64,000 bases of DNA, taken from the NCBI RefSeq assembly GCF_006345805.1, contig NC_043004.1, positions 38,626,001-38,690,000 of the forward strand. The letters are read 5' to 3'. The position numbers and the translations under genes are program-made. The notes under the pieces were generated by a model. The model did no database searches. It was not told the DNA's origin and saw nothing but the letters and a program-made list of their open reading frames with translations. Of the stretch, positions 23,279 through 36,081 are shown in pieces. Position 1 is the first letter of the stretch, and every line of letters starts with the position of its first letter. This DNA is from Octopus sinensis. Lineage: Eukaryota.

Positions 23279-25031
23279 CGCACAAACCCAATTGAAAACA
23301 CTGAGATAAATGAAAAATTACTGCATCTGCAGCGAGCAGGATTGGTTGGAACTTACTGATTCTTCCACAGCATTATCAAAATATGTCTGCGAATTATTTC
23401 ATCTTAACTTTCATGTAACAGACTCCCTCAGCCACAGCTATCTCTATTGAAATTTTACCAGATTGAATTACCGAGTTATTTCCCCTGTCACCATTAGAAA
23501 GTATCTCCCGCATGCAATGATTTTTTGTTTTTCTTCCCGTTGCTCATATCTTGATCTCATACTACTAATCATGTTTAGCACGCTGGTAAAAATATGTGAA
23601 AAAAGGTGAAGAAAATAATTGAGACGTGTACTCACGTCATTGTTTTAGATGCTTTAATTGGCAAATTATTTCAACGCACACACAATTATATCTTCAAAGG
23701 ATAATGTATATATGTCCTATACTAAACGTCGCTAACGATGCTTAACATAACGAAACGTACTTACAGTCGTCACCATAACTGCTAACACATCAAACTCACT
23801 CCTAATTTCATTTTTAATTAGAGTTCTTCCCCCTTGCCTCTGGACAGATATTGACATAAACCTAAGTTCTATTGTTCTCATTATGCATTCTGGAAGTCTA
23901 CCAGAATAAAAATTAAGTTTATCGACTATATTAAGAATGTTACCTCTCTCTCACACGCGCGTGGGCATACGCACACACACACACATATATATAATTATGG
24001 TATTTTCTGTTAAGAACGTAATTAAGTACTTTATAAAGCTCGTCCGTCTTCAGATTAGATTTACCCTGTGCTATGCAGTAGTAGTATCATACGTACTTCC
24101 ACGTTTGCGTTTGAGCAGCTGTCGCGTATGAATAGATAAATGAAAAAATTTGGAGTCTACAAGAAGGAGTATGGTTGGATATTCATTTTCAGTCACTATA
24201 ATTGTTTCAACGCAACGTAGTTTCCAGGCGTGCAAGTACCTGATTATGCAATCGTTTATCCGCATTATATGATCTAGTGTTTCCCCAGGCAACATGTTCA
24301 TATTTTCTCCATAAGTTCAAATCTTCGGCTTCAAGAATACCGTTTCTGTTTGTTTTTCAATTATGTATGTGTGCGTGCGTGTGTGCGTGCGTGTGTGCGT
24401 GCGTGTGTGCGTGCGTGTGTGCGTGCGTGCGTGTGTGCGCGCGCGCGCGCGCGCGTGTGTGTGTGTCTGTTCAAAAATAGTTTCAAGCGGATTACGACGT
24501 TTAATTTAAACACCTGTTAAATACTAAAACAATATCTAAAACATCGAAATCCTTGTTGTCCATCATCTTAAGCCACCTTCACCTTTCGTAATAATGTATT
24601 GAAGACGCCTTCTGTAATTTTGGGAATAGGTAGAATAAAGTTTTGCAATGAGATATATATTTTGCTTTCTTTCTCACCTAATAATTGTATTCCATTAACT
24701 ATACGCTACAGCCTAACTTATTAAAACTGGCTTAACTTTGGTTATTCATAATTCATGTATAATGTATCCCCCATTTTCTATCGCAGAGTTTTCATGTATG
24801 CACATTTATTTTGCATGCACACTGTTTTGACAAACAGGAGACTTCTATGTTTAGCTAATGAATTTATAGTCAGAACAAAAAACTGTACAGTCTTGTCTCA
24901 CTTAATTACTTAAATAACTAAAGCAATCTAATAGCTAATACTATTTCTATTTTTTGTTGTTTTATATTTTATCATTTTCTTCATTAAATACATTAACACT
25001 TCACTTGAATATTGCAAGAATTCAAACTTAC

Positions 25032-25115
25032 TTGGATCTATACATGTCTTGAAAAATTGCTTGATCTTTTTGACCGGAGAAATTGTATCTTTAGTGTCCT
25101 CCTCGGTAAGCAGTA
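25032..25115 (-). CDS. M13 peptidase exon (KxxxFxxxC motif)
   Basis: tattctag|...CCAA|gtaagt; 84 nt. Encodes (V)LLTEEDTKDTISPVKKIKQFFKTCIDP(N), equivalent to the KAKxxYxSCxN motif. Confidence 0.92.
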
Positions 25116-25374
25116 CTAGAATATTGAAATAATATATATATATATATTTAAAAAATATAAATATTAAAAAAAATTATAAATTTTAAATTTTAAAATTATT
25201 TAAACAATATAAAAATTTATAAATATAAATGAAAAATTTTAAATTTAAATAAATTAAATTTTAAATTTTATATTTTATATATTTTGTATATTATATTGAT
25301 TATGTTTATTTTTATGTTTTGGCTTATGTTTTTCATTGTTTGATTTGCCTAATGGTTCTTTTATCTCTAATTTA

Positions 25375-25410
<36 letters not shown>

Positions 25411-25440
25411 CATAATGTATATGCACACACACACACATAT

Positions 25441-25475
<35 letters not shown>

Positions 25476-25623
25476 TATATATATATATATATATATTAAT
25501 AAAAGGAATTGCAACCTTGTCTGATTTTCACGTTTTATTTACAATCTTATAATGATATAATATAAGATAATATAATATAATAAAATAAAATAAAATAATA
25601 GAATGTTAAATGTTCATTCTGAT

Positions 25624-25668
25624 TGAACTAGTACTTTCATGCATTAAATTCTGCAATCTTCAGGTTCA
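25624..25668 (-). ncRNA. Minimal type I hammerhead ribozyme, left arm (sense to the M13 pre-mRNA)
   Basis: Exact reverse complement of 25746-25790. Confidence 0.75.
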
Positions 25669-25745
25669 TGTAGTAGTGGTGACAGTCATGTTTCACAATT
25701 TTTGACAGTCAAAAATTGTGAAGCATGACTGTCACCACTACTACA

Positions 25746-25790
25746 TGAACCTGAAGATTGCAGAATTTAATGCATGAAAGTACTAGTTCA
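25746..25790 (+). ncRNA. Minimal type I hammerhead ribozyme, right arm
   Basis: UGAAC-CUGAAGA-UUGCA gaauuuaa UGCAU-GAAA-GUAC-U-A-GUUCA. The core is complete, with a 5-bp stem I, a 4-bp stem II (U.U at 10.1/11.1) and a self-complementary AGUACU in place of stem III. Confidence 0.75.
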
Positions 25791-25998
25791 ATCAGAATGA
25801 ACATTTAACATTCTATTATTTTATTTCATTTTATTATACTATATTATCTTATATTATATATCATTATAAGATTGTAAATAAAACGTGAAAATAAGACAAG
25901 GTTGGAATTCCTTTTATTAATATATTCTTCTATACACAATCACACGCACCCGTATATATATCTATCTATACACACACACACACACACACGCACACACA

Positions 25999-26106
<108 letters not shown>

Positions 26107-26769
26107 ACAAATATATTATTCATATACAGAAAAACAAATGCACAACGATAAATGAAGGAAGCCTTCGGAAGTGTCTAATTGTTCACTCCATATCCTAAAA
26201 AGAAGCCACCATTCTATTTGAACAAATCGATTACTTTCTTAAAAACCGAAAACGGACATGCGCAAGATAATTTAATTCTTAGATGTAGCGTTTGAACATA
26301 GGTTTGTCATATCAGAGCTAACTCATGATTAAGCACCTTCAATCGCAAGAAATGTAATTACAGAAACGGGTGATGTTTCACGGATAATTCTAACGTAATT
26401 CTCGTGCTGAATCTGAGTCATATCGCTGTTAGAACCTATTTGATGGGCTTCTCCATAGTTTCCGTATTCTGAATTTTACCTGATGTTTGGTTTCACTCGT
26501 TCTCTTAAATGTGGTAACTGTCATTTTGCTTACATGTCACACGGTGCCATCGAACCGGGGATCTCGTGATTGTCAAGTTAACGCTTAAACAACAAGGCTA
26601 TTCCTACAACATATTCAGCCATAAACGCGCGCGCGCACGCATACACGCACAGATACACGCACAAGCACAAATCTAATCTGATGCACATGTGCTATTCCGT
26701 TGAACGTAAATATTATTCGATACAAAAGAAGATAGCAGGTGTAATATTGGTTCTAAATTTTGGTACAAG

Positions 26770-27372
26770 ACCAGCCATTTCGTAAGAGTGTCTTAGTCGA
26801 CTAGATCGACCCCAGTGCTCAACTGGTACTTATTTTACCTACCCCGAAAAGAGGAAAAGCAAAGTCGATCCCGGTGGCAGAATGTAAAGTAGACAGAAAT
26901 GCCACAAAGCACTTTGTCCGGCGCGCTAACGATTCTTTCAGTTCACTGATGTTTATCAGAAGGTGTAGGAGTGGCTGTATTGTAAGTCACTTGCTTACAA
27001 ACCACATGGTTGTGGGTTCTGTCCAATTGCGTGACACCTTAGGTAAGTGTCTTCTACTATAGCATCAGGCCGACCAAAGCCTTGCGAATGGATTTGGTAG
27101 ACGGAAACTGAAAGAAGCCTGTCGTATATATGTATATATATGTGTGTGTGTATGTGTGTATATGCTTGTGTTTGTCCCCCCAACATCGCTTGACAACCGA
27201 TGTTGGTGTGTTTACGTCCCCGTAACTTAGCAGTTCATCAAAAGAGACCGATAGAATAAGTACTAGGCTTACAAAGAATAAATCCTGGGATCGATTCGCT
27301 CAACTAAAAAAGGCGGTGCTCCAGCATGGCCACAGTCAAATGACTGACACAAGTAAAAGAGTAAAAGAGTAA
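26770..27372. mobile_element. Adjacent SINE A (minus, degenerate) and SINE B (plus) copies, head to head
   Basis: Family A at about 26770-26950 and family B at about 26962-27372, ending about 30 nt from the exon donor at 27404. Confidence 0.8.
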
Positions 27373-27403
27373 GAGAGAAGTAATATTAAACGACAATACA
27401 TAC

Positions 27404-27571
27404 CCAATAGTCTTCTACTTACTCTTACAGCAACTTCGCTAAAGCTGCTATAGACGGTATTATTTTGAAATGCGAAAACCGGGTGTCTTTCGATAAAATC
27501 ACCGCAGGAATATTTCCAAAAATCATTACAAGGCTTGATATTATCATCCATTTTATCCATTACGCTGACCG
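27404..27571 (-). CDS. M13 peptidase exon (PCxDFxxYxCG motif)
   Basis: ctactag|...TTGG|gtatgt; 168 nt. Encodes VSVMDKMDDNIKPCNDFWKYSCGDFIERHP...SRRLL, the hallmark Peptidase_M13_N motif. Confidence 0.95.
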
Positions 27572-28738
27572 CTAGTAGAACACATAAAAATACAAATTCA
27601 CTACAGTTCAGAAAAAAGTATTCGTAATATTTATTCTGATAGGTATTTACTAAAACCAATTTTAAAACTACTAGCTATCAAATTTATTAATGTAATTAAT
27701 TTCCATATTTTCATCTCCAATGATCACTCAAAAGAGTATAAGAGACAATCACTTTGTATAGCAATAGCTTTTAGCATTTTGGGCTTTCGTATAGTATGCA
27801 TTTGGTTGAAGAAGCAGTTTTGGACGTATTTTATGCAAAGTACTGGAGTATTGTTTTGACATAAATGTATTGGAAATATTTTTTTTTATTCTGGGGAAAT
27901 TAAACCTTCAAGGAAATGTGCCTATACTGATACGCGTATTACTTAAATTCTTACACGTACGTTGAATTTCTGTGCAGCCCTTAATGATATAATAATTAAA
28001 AAATTCATGTAAAATGACATACATTATATCTAGGATGTGACAAACAGATCCCGTCGTCCCCAACTTATTGAGTACAACTAGATATCATCATACGCAAAAG
28101 AAAAAAATGGTATGAAAATGCTAATTTAGCAATTGAATTACCGAGAGTCATCACTAGAACTATTCTTAAATGATGTGTCAATTTTTTCTGAACCTCATAA
28201 AACTGTAAACATATATGTATATACGAGTGTATTCATATCAGAGTTATTTTGTCTACAGTTAAATTACCACATGTAGTGATCAATGGCCAAACTATAAACG
28301 TAACAAGTGAAGGTTTACTGTATAATTTATCTATTACTATTGAAATATTAAACCGCTACTCGAAAGAGTACGTAACATTTTAAACCGTGCATCTCGAAGG
28401 AATCACTCTTCTGAAGCCGTTAGCCGTCTTTTCAAAAGACTTAAATTTCCAGGAAGATTAACAATTGATTTTTATATATGCGCATGTTGGACCAGTTGGT
28501 TTAGGTAGCCTATAAGATTTTTGAAAGCACTGCAGAAACAGCTCTGGTGATGCAAAACCAGAGCGTCTAGCGGTAAGTATGGGATCGAAAATACACGAAA
28601 TTCATTGCATTAAAAGAAACCAGCAACCAAGTCATTGCAGGAGTCTGAGTGACTTATTTAGGCACAAAACCACAGCAGTCATGTCGTATCCAATGTATTT
28701 AATTGGATATATTTGGAAAACAGTTCTATACTTTATAT

Positions 28739-30087
28739 CAGTAGTTCCCAAACCTTTTAGAGTCGCGACCCACTATTTATCACACCAGTTTATGACGACC
28801 CACTTAACTCTACTGAGTAAAAACATCAATGAAATTAACAAATTTATTTCAGATTACATCTTCAGTGAAGCCTGTGAGAAGGATGAGCCTGTTTCTTGCT
28901 ACGCCCAAAGAAAACTTTAACTGTATCTTTTATAGCTGGAAGAACTAAATTGTGTGTGGCTTATCAGTTTTTACGATTCTTAAACTGATCAAGTAAGACA
29001 CATACAAAGATTTTTCATTTACTTTGGTGTAATGTTGCATAACGCTCTGTCCTCTCTTTAACTTGGTTAACATTCTCTCAAAAAACTCGAGAGGCTTGTC
29101 TTTTAACTCGGAGTGCTTAGTCTCAAGATGACGACGCAATTTGTTTGGATGCATGCTTTCGTTTGCAAGTTATTCATAACAAATGATGCGTCGTGGTCGT
29201 GGATTTTCTTCAACTCCATTCCATGTAAATCCCTTTTTTAAGTACTCGTAATCATACTTTCTTAATACTTTTCTTTGCTTTGACTGGCTTAGTTTTGATT
29301 GATTGGTCTTTTCTTCGTTTCGATTCGCTGAAGACTCATCGTCATCAGCTTCAACTGACTTTTTTAACCATTTATCCATAATATGAAGGACTGAGTAAAT
29401 ACGAAAATATCGAATTTAGAAGGACAGATAATTTCGACTTACTGAGAGATTTGACAGAATTAAAATACAACGTTTGAGATCATGCGAACTTCTACAATTA
29501 ATGATAAACGTCATTTCAATCGATGTGATGCTATTTAAACTGTTTATCTGATAGACTCTATTGATCTATCTACCGTCTAGCTGCTGTCTATTCCAATCAT
29601 TTCATTGGCTAATTGATAGCCTCCCGGTGATCACTCCTATACTTTTTAAATCATTTATAAACTTACTAGTAAAATCCATAATGTCTTATTTATTTAAATT
29701 CTTTGCTATTTATATTAAATGTGACACAAAACGTTCTATAACTGTTTCAACGTCTCTATACCCTATGTGTAAATACTAACACTAATACAAAACCTTGAAG
29801 TAGTAACTGTTATCGGCTCGATCAGTGTTATACTTCGCCTAGTTAATGTTCTCTGTAAATAGGTAAAAACAGACTTGAGAGAATGACAACCTCTGATTTG
29901 TTAAGTTCGTGAAAAAGCCTACTGCTTGATAAAACAACAAGTCTGGTATTGAAAACATAAGTCTTGAACTATCTCGATAGACAGCAGTTAATCAAAGCTA
30001 ATGCGTAATTTTATAACTTTTTGCGACCCACTAAGATTCCGTTCGCGACACATCTGTGGGTCGCGACTCATAGTTTGGGAACCACTG
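28739..30087 (-). mobile_element. hAT/Buster (ZBED5-like) internal-deletion derivative with intact ends
   Basis: TIRs CAGTAGTTCCCAAAC and GTTTGGGAACCACTG; 8-bp TSD CTTTATAT with central TA. The broken ORF MDKWLKK...KYDYEYLKKGFTW...MHPNKLRRHLETKH...KPHTI covers only the N-terminus. Confidence 0.95.
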
Positions 30088-30366
30088 CTTTATATGGCAT
30101 TTTGTCATAGTTTAAGCACCAGATTGAATGTAGATATGTATGGATGTGTGAAAATATTTTCTTTCATCTCTTGCGGTATACTAAACAACCTTGTATACGG
30201 TTATCTAAACGTTAATAAAATTTCATAAACTAGTAAACTATACGTGAATACTAGACTAGCAGAACTGTGGAAACTTCTAACAAGCTTGTTTGTGAATAGA
30301 TTACAGTATGTCAGTGAAATATAAACTATTGTGATAGGGATTTTTCATGAAAAAAGTTATACTTAC

Positions 30367-30405
30367 CGGCTTTTAAACACCTGTCGCTCAGACATGATTT
30401 TTTTT
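30367..30405 (-). CDS. M13 peptidase exon (first Cys pair)
   Basis: ccattcag|...GCCG|gtaagt; 39 nt (phase 1 to 1). Encodes (E)KKSCLSDRCLKA(A), matching the M13 C-x4-C-xx-AA motif. Confidence 0.9.
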
Positions 30406-31328
30406 CTGAATGGAAATATAAAGAAGCAATGTAAAATAATAATTTAATATGCAGGTGTATGTTATGTTTGCGAATAAGGAAAAAAAAACATGGTATGAAT
30501 AACAATTATACGACAGTAATTAATAGTAGATACAATATTATCTAAAAATACCACTAAAATATTCGCTAAAAATAAATCAAGTATCAAACATAATTCATAA
30601 TTAGTAACGGTATAACAACATAAAATACTCCTTCGTGTCATAATAATTTCGAAGAAATCTAATCCAGATTATATACTTTATTTCATTGACCCCGGAACAA
30701 TGAAAGGCAAAGTAGGCGTTCTCTGTATTCGAACTCAAAATGCGCTAACGTGGAACAAATTATTCCCTTAATTGTTTTGGTAATGAACTGAAAGGTTGAT
30801 TAATATTAGAAATGGCAGATAGACAGCTTAAATTTCTCTCCTTGGTTATATTCGTCAATTCAATTAATTTATATAAAAAGCAATCATTAATATTCTATAG
30901 CATAGGTAGAGTGCCACAAAAACTGATATACTGGGGTTGTGGTTATTGTTTTCAGATCAGCAGAGCCTTCTAACAGTTTTTCCTGACACTTACCTGATGC
31001 AAGTCACCATCGCCCTAATAATACCAAAACGGATTTCTAACAGAGGCACAGAGTAGAACTAGAATTTTGCGTTGACAATTTGATTGAAACGGGTATATAA
31101 CTGGTAATCGTTCCTCATCAAATGAGGAGAGTGAAATTTAATCTCAGTGAGATTTGAACTCACAATGTAAAATACCGTTAGGAATTAAATGCACCTCTCA
31201 ACCGATTTTCAAAAACCAACAATATAATGACAAAAATCTCTTGTTCACTGGGAACAAAGCTATATTCATATTTAAATTCTGAAATAGTAAACTACACAGA
31301 CAACGGTGGTTGCGATTGAATTCAGAAA

Positions 31329-31742
31329 GGCGGCGAGCTGGCAGAAACGTTAGCACGCCGGGCGAAACGCCTAGTGGTTTTTCGTCTGTCGCTACGTTCT
31401 GAGTTCAAATTCCGCCGAGGTCGACTTTGCCTTTCATCCTTTCGGGGTCGATTAAATAAGTACCAGTTACGCACTGGGGTCGATATAATCGACTTAATCC
31501 GTTTGTCTGTCCTTGTTTGCCATCTCTGTGTTTAGCCCCTTGTGGGTAGTAAAGAAATAGGTATTTCGTCTGCCGTTACGTTGTGAGTTCAAATTCCGCC
31601 GAGGTCGACTTTACCTTTCATCCTTTCGGGGTCGATAAATTAAGTACCAGTTACGCACTGGGTCGATGTAATCGATTTAATACCTATGTCTGTCCTTGTT
31701 TGTCCCTTCTATGTTTAGCCCCTTGTGGGTAATAAAGAAATA
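31329..31742 (+). mobile_element. Dimeric SINE family A
   Basis: 20-bp TSD GGTTGCGATTGAATTCAGAA; the second unit starts at GGTATTTCGTCTGCC. Confidence 0.93.
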
Positions 31743-32114
31743 GGTTGCGATTGAATTCAGAATGGTGGAGAAATAGATAAGTAGCATTGTCTTTCAATAG
31801 CACTCCCTATGTCAGCTTAATACATCAACCTATTGAACAATATAGTATTGGAGTCGATGAGCGGACCTCAACGCCGTTGCTCGACTTGGTAGCGATAACA
31901 AAGTGCCCTAAAGACACACGCTAGTCAAGTAACTTTAGTAGGAGATAAGAATTCGATCATTTAGTGCAAAATATATTGTGCACGAAAACAAAAGATTATG
32001 GGGATCAGGCCTGGAATACTTTTTATCATAACACTTCATCGGCTTTTCTGTGGTGATAAATGCCGCAATTAATAATTTCTCACGTTACCTCACAAGGTAC
32101 ACAGTTGTAGAAAA

Positions 32115-32335
32115 GTTTGTTTGTTTGTTTGTTTGTTTGTTTGTTTGTATGTATGTATGTATGTATGTATGTATGTATGTATGTATGTATGTATGTATGT
32201 ATGCACGTATGTATGTATGTACGTATGTACGTATGTATGTATGTTTGTATGTATGCATGCATGCATGTATGTATGTATGTATGATTGTATGTATGTATGT
32301 ATGTATGTATGTATGTATGTATGTATGTATGTATG
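32115..32335 (+). repeat. (TTTG)n(TATG)n compound microsatellite, representative of dozens of TA, CA, TAA, TATG and TATC tracts in the window
   Basis: Visible directly; source of the MYVC/HTYI-type pseudo-ORFs. Confidence 0.98.
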
Positions 32336-33149
32336 TCTCTCTCCATACATAATGAATTTAGCTTACAAAAGTAAGGGGAGGTAACGTCTACCTCCCCTGC
32401 ATTTATAATACCCGTCACTGATTATCTCCCTTGAAATGTCTTTAATCCGCGATTTATTTACAAAATACTTTATCTCCTACCAACATGGAACGACTGACGC
32501 TAACTACTTAGTTATGAATAGCAAACGATACAGTTAGACTATGAAATATTTTATTTCATAAATATATTTTTCCAATGCAAAATTTCTGTGTGTTTTCCTT
32601 CTATATATATGCCTGGTACATGTGTACATATATTTTTATCTGTTTTATCTTTTACTTATTTCAGTCAATAGACTGACGCCAAGATGGAGAACTGCCTTGA
32701 ACTTTTAGTCGAACGAGTCGATCCCAGTACTTATTTTTTAAAGTTTAGTACTTATTATATCGGTGTATTTTGCCGAACAGCTTAGTCATCGGAGTGCAAA
32801 CACACCAACACCGGTTGTCAAGCGGTGGGGAAGAGGACAAACGGACAAACACTCATATAAAGGCAAACACATAAGCATATATATATATATATAATGTATT
32901 CATATATGTATATGTATATATGTATATACATATATGTGTGTATGAGTGTGTATGAGTGTGTGTGTGTGTATAATTTAGGACAAACATGAAGTTGTCATTC
33001 TAGAGTTTCGAATGTCGGAGCGAGGAGCTATGATGCATTCTCGTCGGATATTTGTGGCAATAGATGCTATGAAAAACCTTTAAATTAAAGGGAAGTTACT
33101 CTAATAGGTAGAAAGAAAGAAAGAAAGAAAGAAGGAAAAAAGATAAAAA

Positions 33150-33390
33150 TACACGCAACCATATTGAAATGAAAAATATACCAAATTATTCAGTTATATA
33201 TGGTTTTTAAAAGAACAAGGTATTAGCTACAGGATTTACTGGACGAACTTGGCCACGTGTAAACCTTATACCAACGGTAGTGGAAAGTGCGCTCTTTGTA
33301 AAATGGAAAGATGGAACATCTCGAAAAGTTCCATGGACCCAGCTACATGTCTGAATTCAAGAACTGAATTTTTGGATCATGTTCATATGT
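33150..33390 (+). mobile_element. PLE GIY-YIG endonuclease C-terminal fragment
   Basis: TKLFSYIWFLKEQGISYRIYW..LATCKPYTNGSGKCALCKME...LNSRTEF. Confidence 0.8.
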
Positions 33391-33443
33391 CACAAAATAA
33401 CTGTGACGGTTTTGGCCCCTGCACCCAAGATGACGGATTTAAT

Positions 33444-33850
33444 ACTCTTTTACTCTTTTACTTATTTCAGTCATTTGACTGCGGCTATGCTGGAGCACCG
33501 CCTTTAGTCGAGCAACTCGACCCCGGAACTTCTTCTTTTGTAAGCCCAGTACTTATTCTATCGGTCTCTTTTGCCGAACCGCTAAGTAATGTGGACATAA
33601 ACATACCAGGATCGGTTGTCAAGCAATGCTAGGGGGGACAAACACAGACACACTAACAAACACACGCATATATATATATATATATACGACGGGCTTCTTT
33701 CAGTTTCCGTCTACCAAATCCACTCACAAAGCGTTGGTCGGCCCGAGGCTATAGCAGAAGACACTTGCCCAAGGTGCCACGCACTGGGACTGAATCCGGA
33801 ACCATGTGGTTGGTAAACAAGCTACTTACCACACAGCCACTCCTACGCCT
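33444..33850 (-). mobile_element. SINE family B
   Basis: Full head-to-tail reverse-complement match to the other family B copies. Confidence 0.9.
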
Positions 33851-33917
33851 CCGCATTTTTGCTATGTTTCCGCACAACCTTCCCATATGTCTTAACAATA
33901 TATATTTTTTATTTATA

Positions 33918-34212
33918 TCTTTATATATAAAAGTGAAGTTGTGTGTCTGTCTCCTACGATTTAGATTCCTAACTACTCCCACATTTTGCGGTGCAGCTTA
34001 ACCAAAAGCGAGTATCTTATAGTCGTGATTCATATCGAGCCCTTCTGGGTATTAGCGGCGTCTACGATGAGTCTACGATTGAAAAAAATTACCATCAATT
34101 TTTCCCATTTTTAATGCATTTTTTTGCTATTAAATAAGGGAAGTAACTCTCTAAAAATGCTTATATAGTTATTTCCCTTACAAACCCGAGCAATGCCGGG
34201 CGATACTGCTAG
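33918..34212 (+). mobile_element. Non-autonomous Helitron (295 bp)
   Basis: 5' end A|TCTTTATATATAAAAG, 3' hairpin CCCG agcaatgc CGGG, then CTAG|T. Confidence 0.85.
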
Positions 34213-34614
34213 TATATATATATATTCATTTATTCTTTTGTTACTTTTCAATTGTGTGAATGAGTAAGACTGTGAATACATGTATGTGTATGTATATATT
34301 TTATATGTATATATGTGTATATGTGTATGCACATATGTATATGAGTGTAAGACTGTGTACGTTGCATAAGTGCTACTTTCATGCAGACGTCCCCTAGTTT
34401 TATACGGATATGCATATATTTGTATATGTGCAGGTGTAGGTGTGTGATACGAGGAAGTATATGTACGCACACACACACACGTATATATATGTACATATGC
34501 CTGTATATATATACGTATATTTATAGGTATAAATGTCTAAATATATATGTATGCATCCATACACCTATGTGCATATGAGAATGAAATTGCGTGCACAAAT
34601 ACATACATACATTC

Positions 34615-34652
<38 letters not shown>

Positions 34653-34659
34653 TATATAT

Positions 34660-34704
<45 letters not shown>

Positions 34705-34705
34705 A

Positions 34706-34866
34706 AACTTATAAACAAGAGCAAAAGAAAAAAATTCTAATGCCAAATATGCCGAAAACAGACACATCGTATATACCCATATAATCCATCACTATATTGA
34801 CGATCTGTCTGTTTTCACCGTATTTGGCATTAGAATTTTTTTTCTTTTGCCCTTGTTTTATAAGTT
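34706..34866. repeat. Fold-back with about 65-bp imperfect arms beside (TA)n
   Basis: aacttataaacaagagcaaaagaaaaaaattctaatgccaaata...cagacacatcgt pairs with its reverse complement across a loop of about 28 nt. Confidence 0.85.
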
Positions 34867-34948
34867 ATTTATAAATTTAACCTTTAAAGGTATTTTTTAA
34901 TATGCTGGCCATTGATTGAATTTTTTCGAAAAAATTTATCCTATATTA

Positions 34949-35013
<65 letters not shown>

Positions 35014-35413
35014 CGTTTGCGTCTGTGTGGAGAGGTGTCTATGTATGAGTACGTACATGCACATATATGTTTGTGTGCGTGTGTGTGCATGTACATATGT
35101 TTGTGTCGGCGTGTACATATGTAGACGTTATGAACGCAGGAGGTTTATATCTATATATAGTGAGAATGTGGTTGTATGTAATTTTGTCTTTTTCCTTTTT
35201 GTCAATCTTTCTACCAATTAGAGTACTTTTTTATTCAACGTGTTTTCATAACGTCTATTGCCATTAATAGCCGACGAGAATGCATTGTTGCTCTTCGCTC
35301 TGACATTCGAAACTCTGAGTACAATAATGACAACTTACTGTTTGTCCTAAATTATACATATATAAATAATCCTCTATTTACCTAAAATCGAGGACTCATC
35401 CTTTTGTTGCTAC

Positions 35414-35480
<67 letters not shown>

Positions 35481-35527
35481 CATCATTATTATTATCATTA
35501 TTATTATCATTATTTTTATTGTTGTTG

Positions 35528-35561
<34 letters not shown>

Positions 35562-35935
35562 GTAGATTGATAGATATATGTATAAAGATACATACATAAA
35601 TACATACATATATATATACCAATATATACATACATACACACACACATACACGTATATATATATATGTATATATACGACGGGCTTCTTGCAGTTTCTATCT
35701 ACAAAATCCACTGGTATGGCTTCGGTTCCCTCGAGGCTATAGACAAGACACTTGCCCATGATCCCACGTAGTTGAACTGAACCCGGGACCATGTAGTCGA
35801 AAAGCAAGTTTCTTACCATGCAGTCATGCCTGCGCCTATTAGTATGATGTGGTCGATAATCTAAAACTTAAAATCGATATTGCTTGGCTTCTCTGACAGA
35901 GAGCAAAAGTCAAGAATGTTAAGTATTTTACAAAC

Positions 35936-36081
35936 CTTGTTCTTCCTTAGATTCATCCTTTGGTATGGCAAGAACGATTACCGCAATTATTAATCCGAGA
36001 ATACAGATAATGAGAATTACCAGAATCACGGTAAGCCATTTCTCTTTCTTTGTAGTAAAACCTCCCTTGGGTTTTTCTGGA
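35936..36081 (-). CDS. M13/neprilysin-like peptidase, signal-anchor (TM) exon
   Basis: Acceptor ttttcag, donor G|gtttgt; 146 nt (phase 2 to 1). Encodes PEKPKGGFTTKKEKWLTVILVILIICILGLIIAVIVLAIPKDESKEEQ: a basic segment followed by a 22-aa hydrophobic stretch, typical of a type II anchor. Confidence 0.9.

Larger units (their letters stand above)
25491..25925. repeat. 435-bp near-perfect palindrome with a 1-nt spacer (centre 25707)
   Basis: Centre is TTTTTGAC-A-GTCAAAAA. The arms differ by about 5 substitutions and one 2-nt indel, and the structure is flanked by TA/CA microsatellites. Confidence 0.97.

Noticed and set aside
23360-23390. 30-nt cag|...|gtaagt segment on minus
   Set aside because: The required phase-1 reading contains TGA and shows no M13 similarity.
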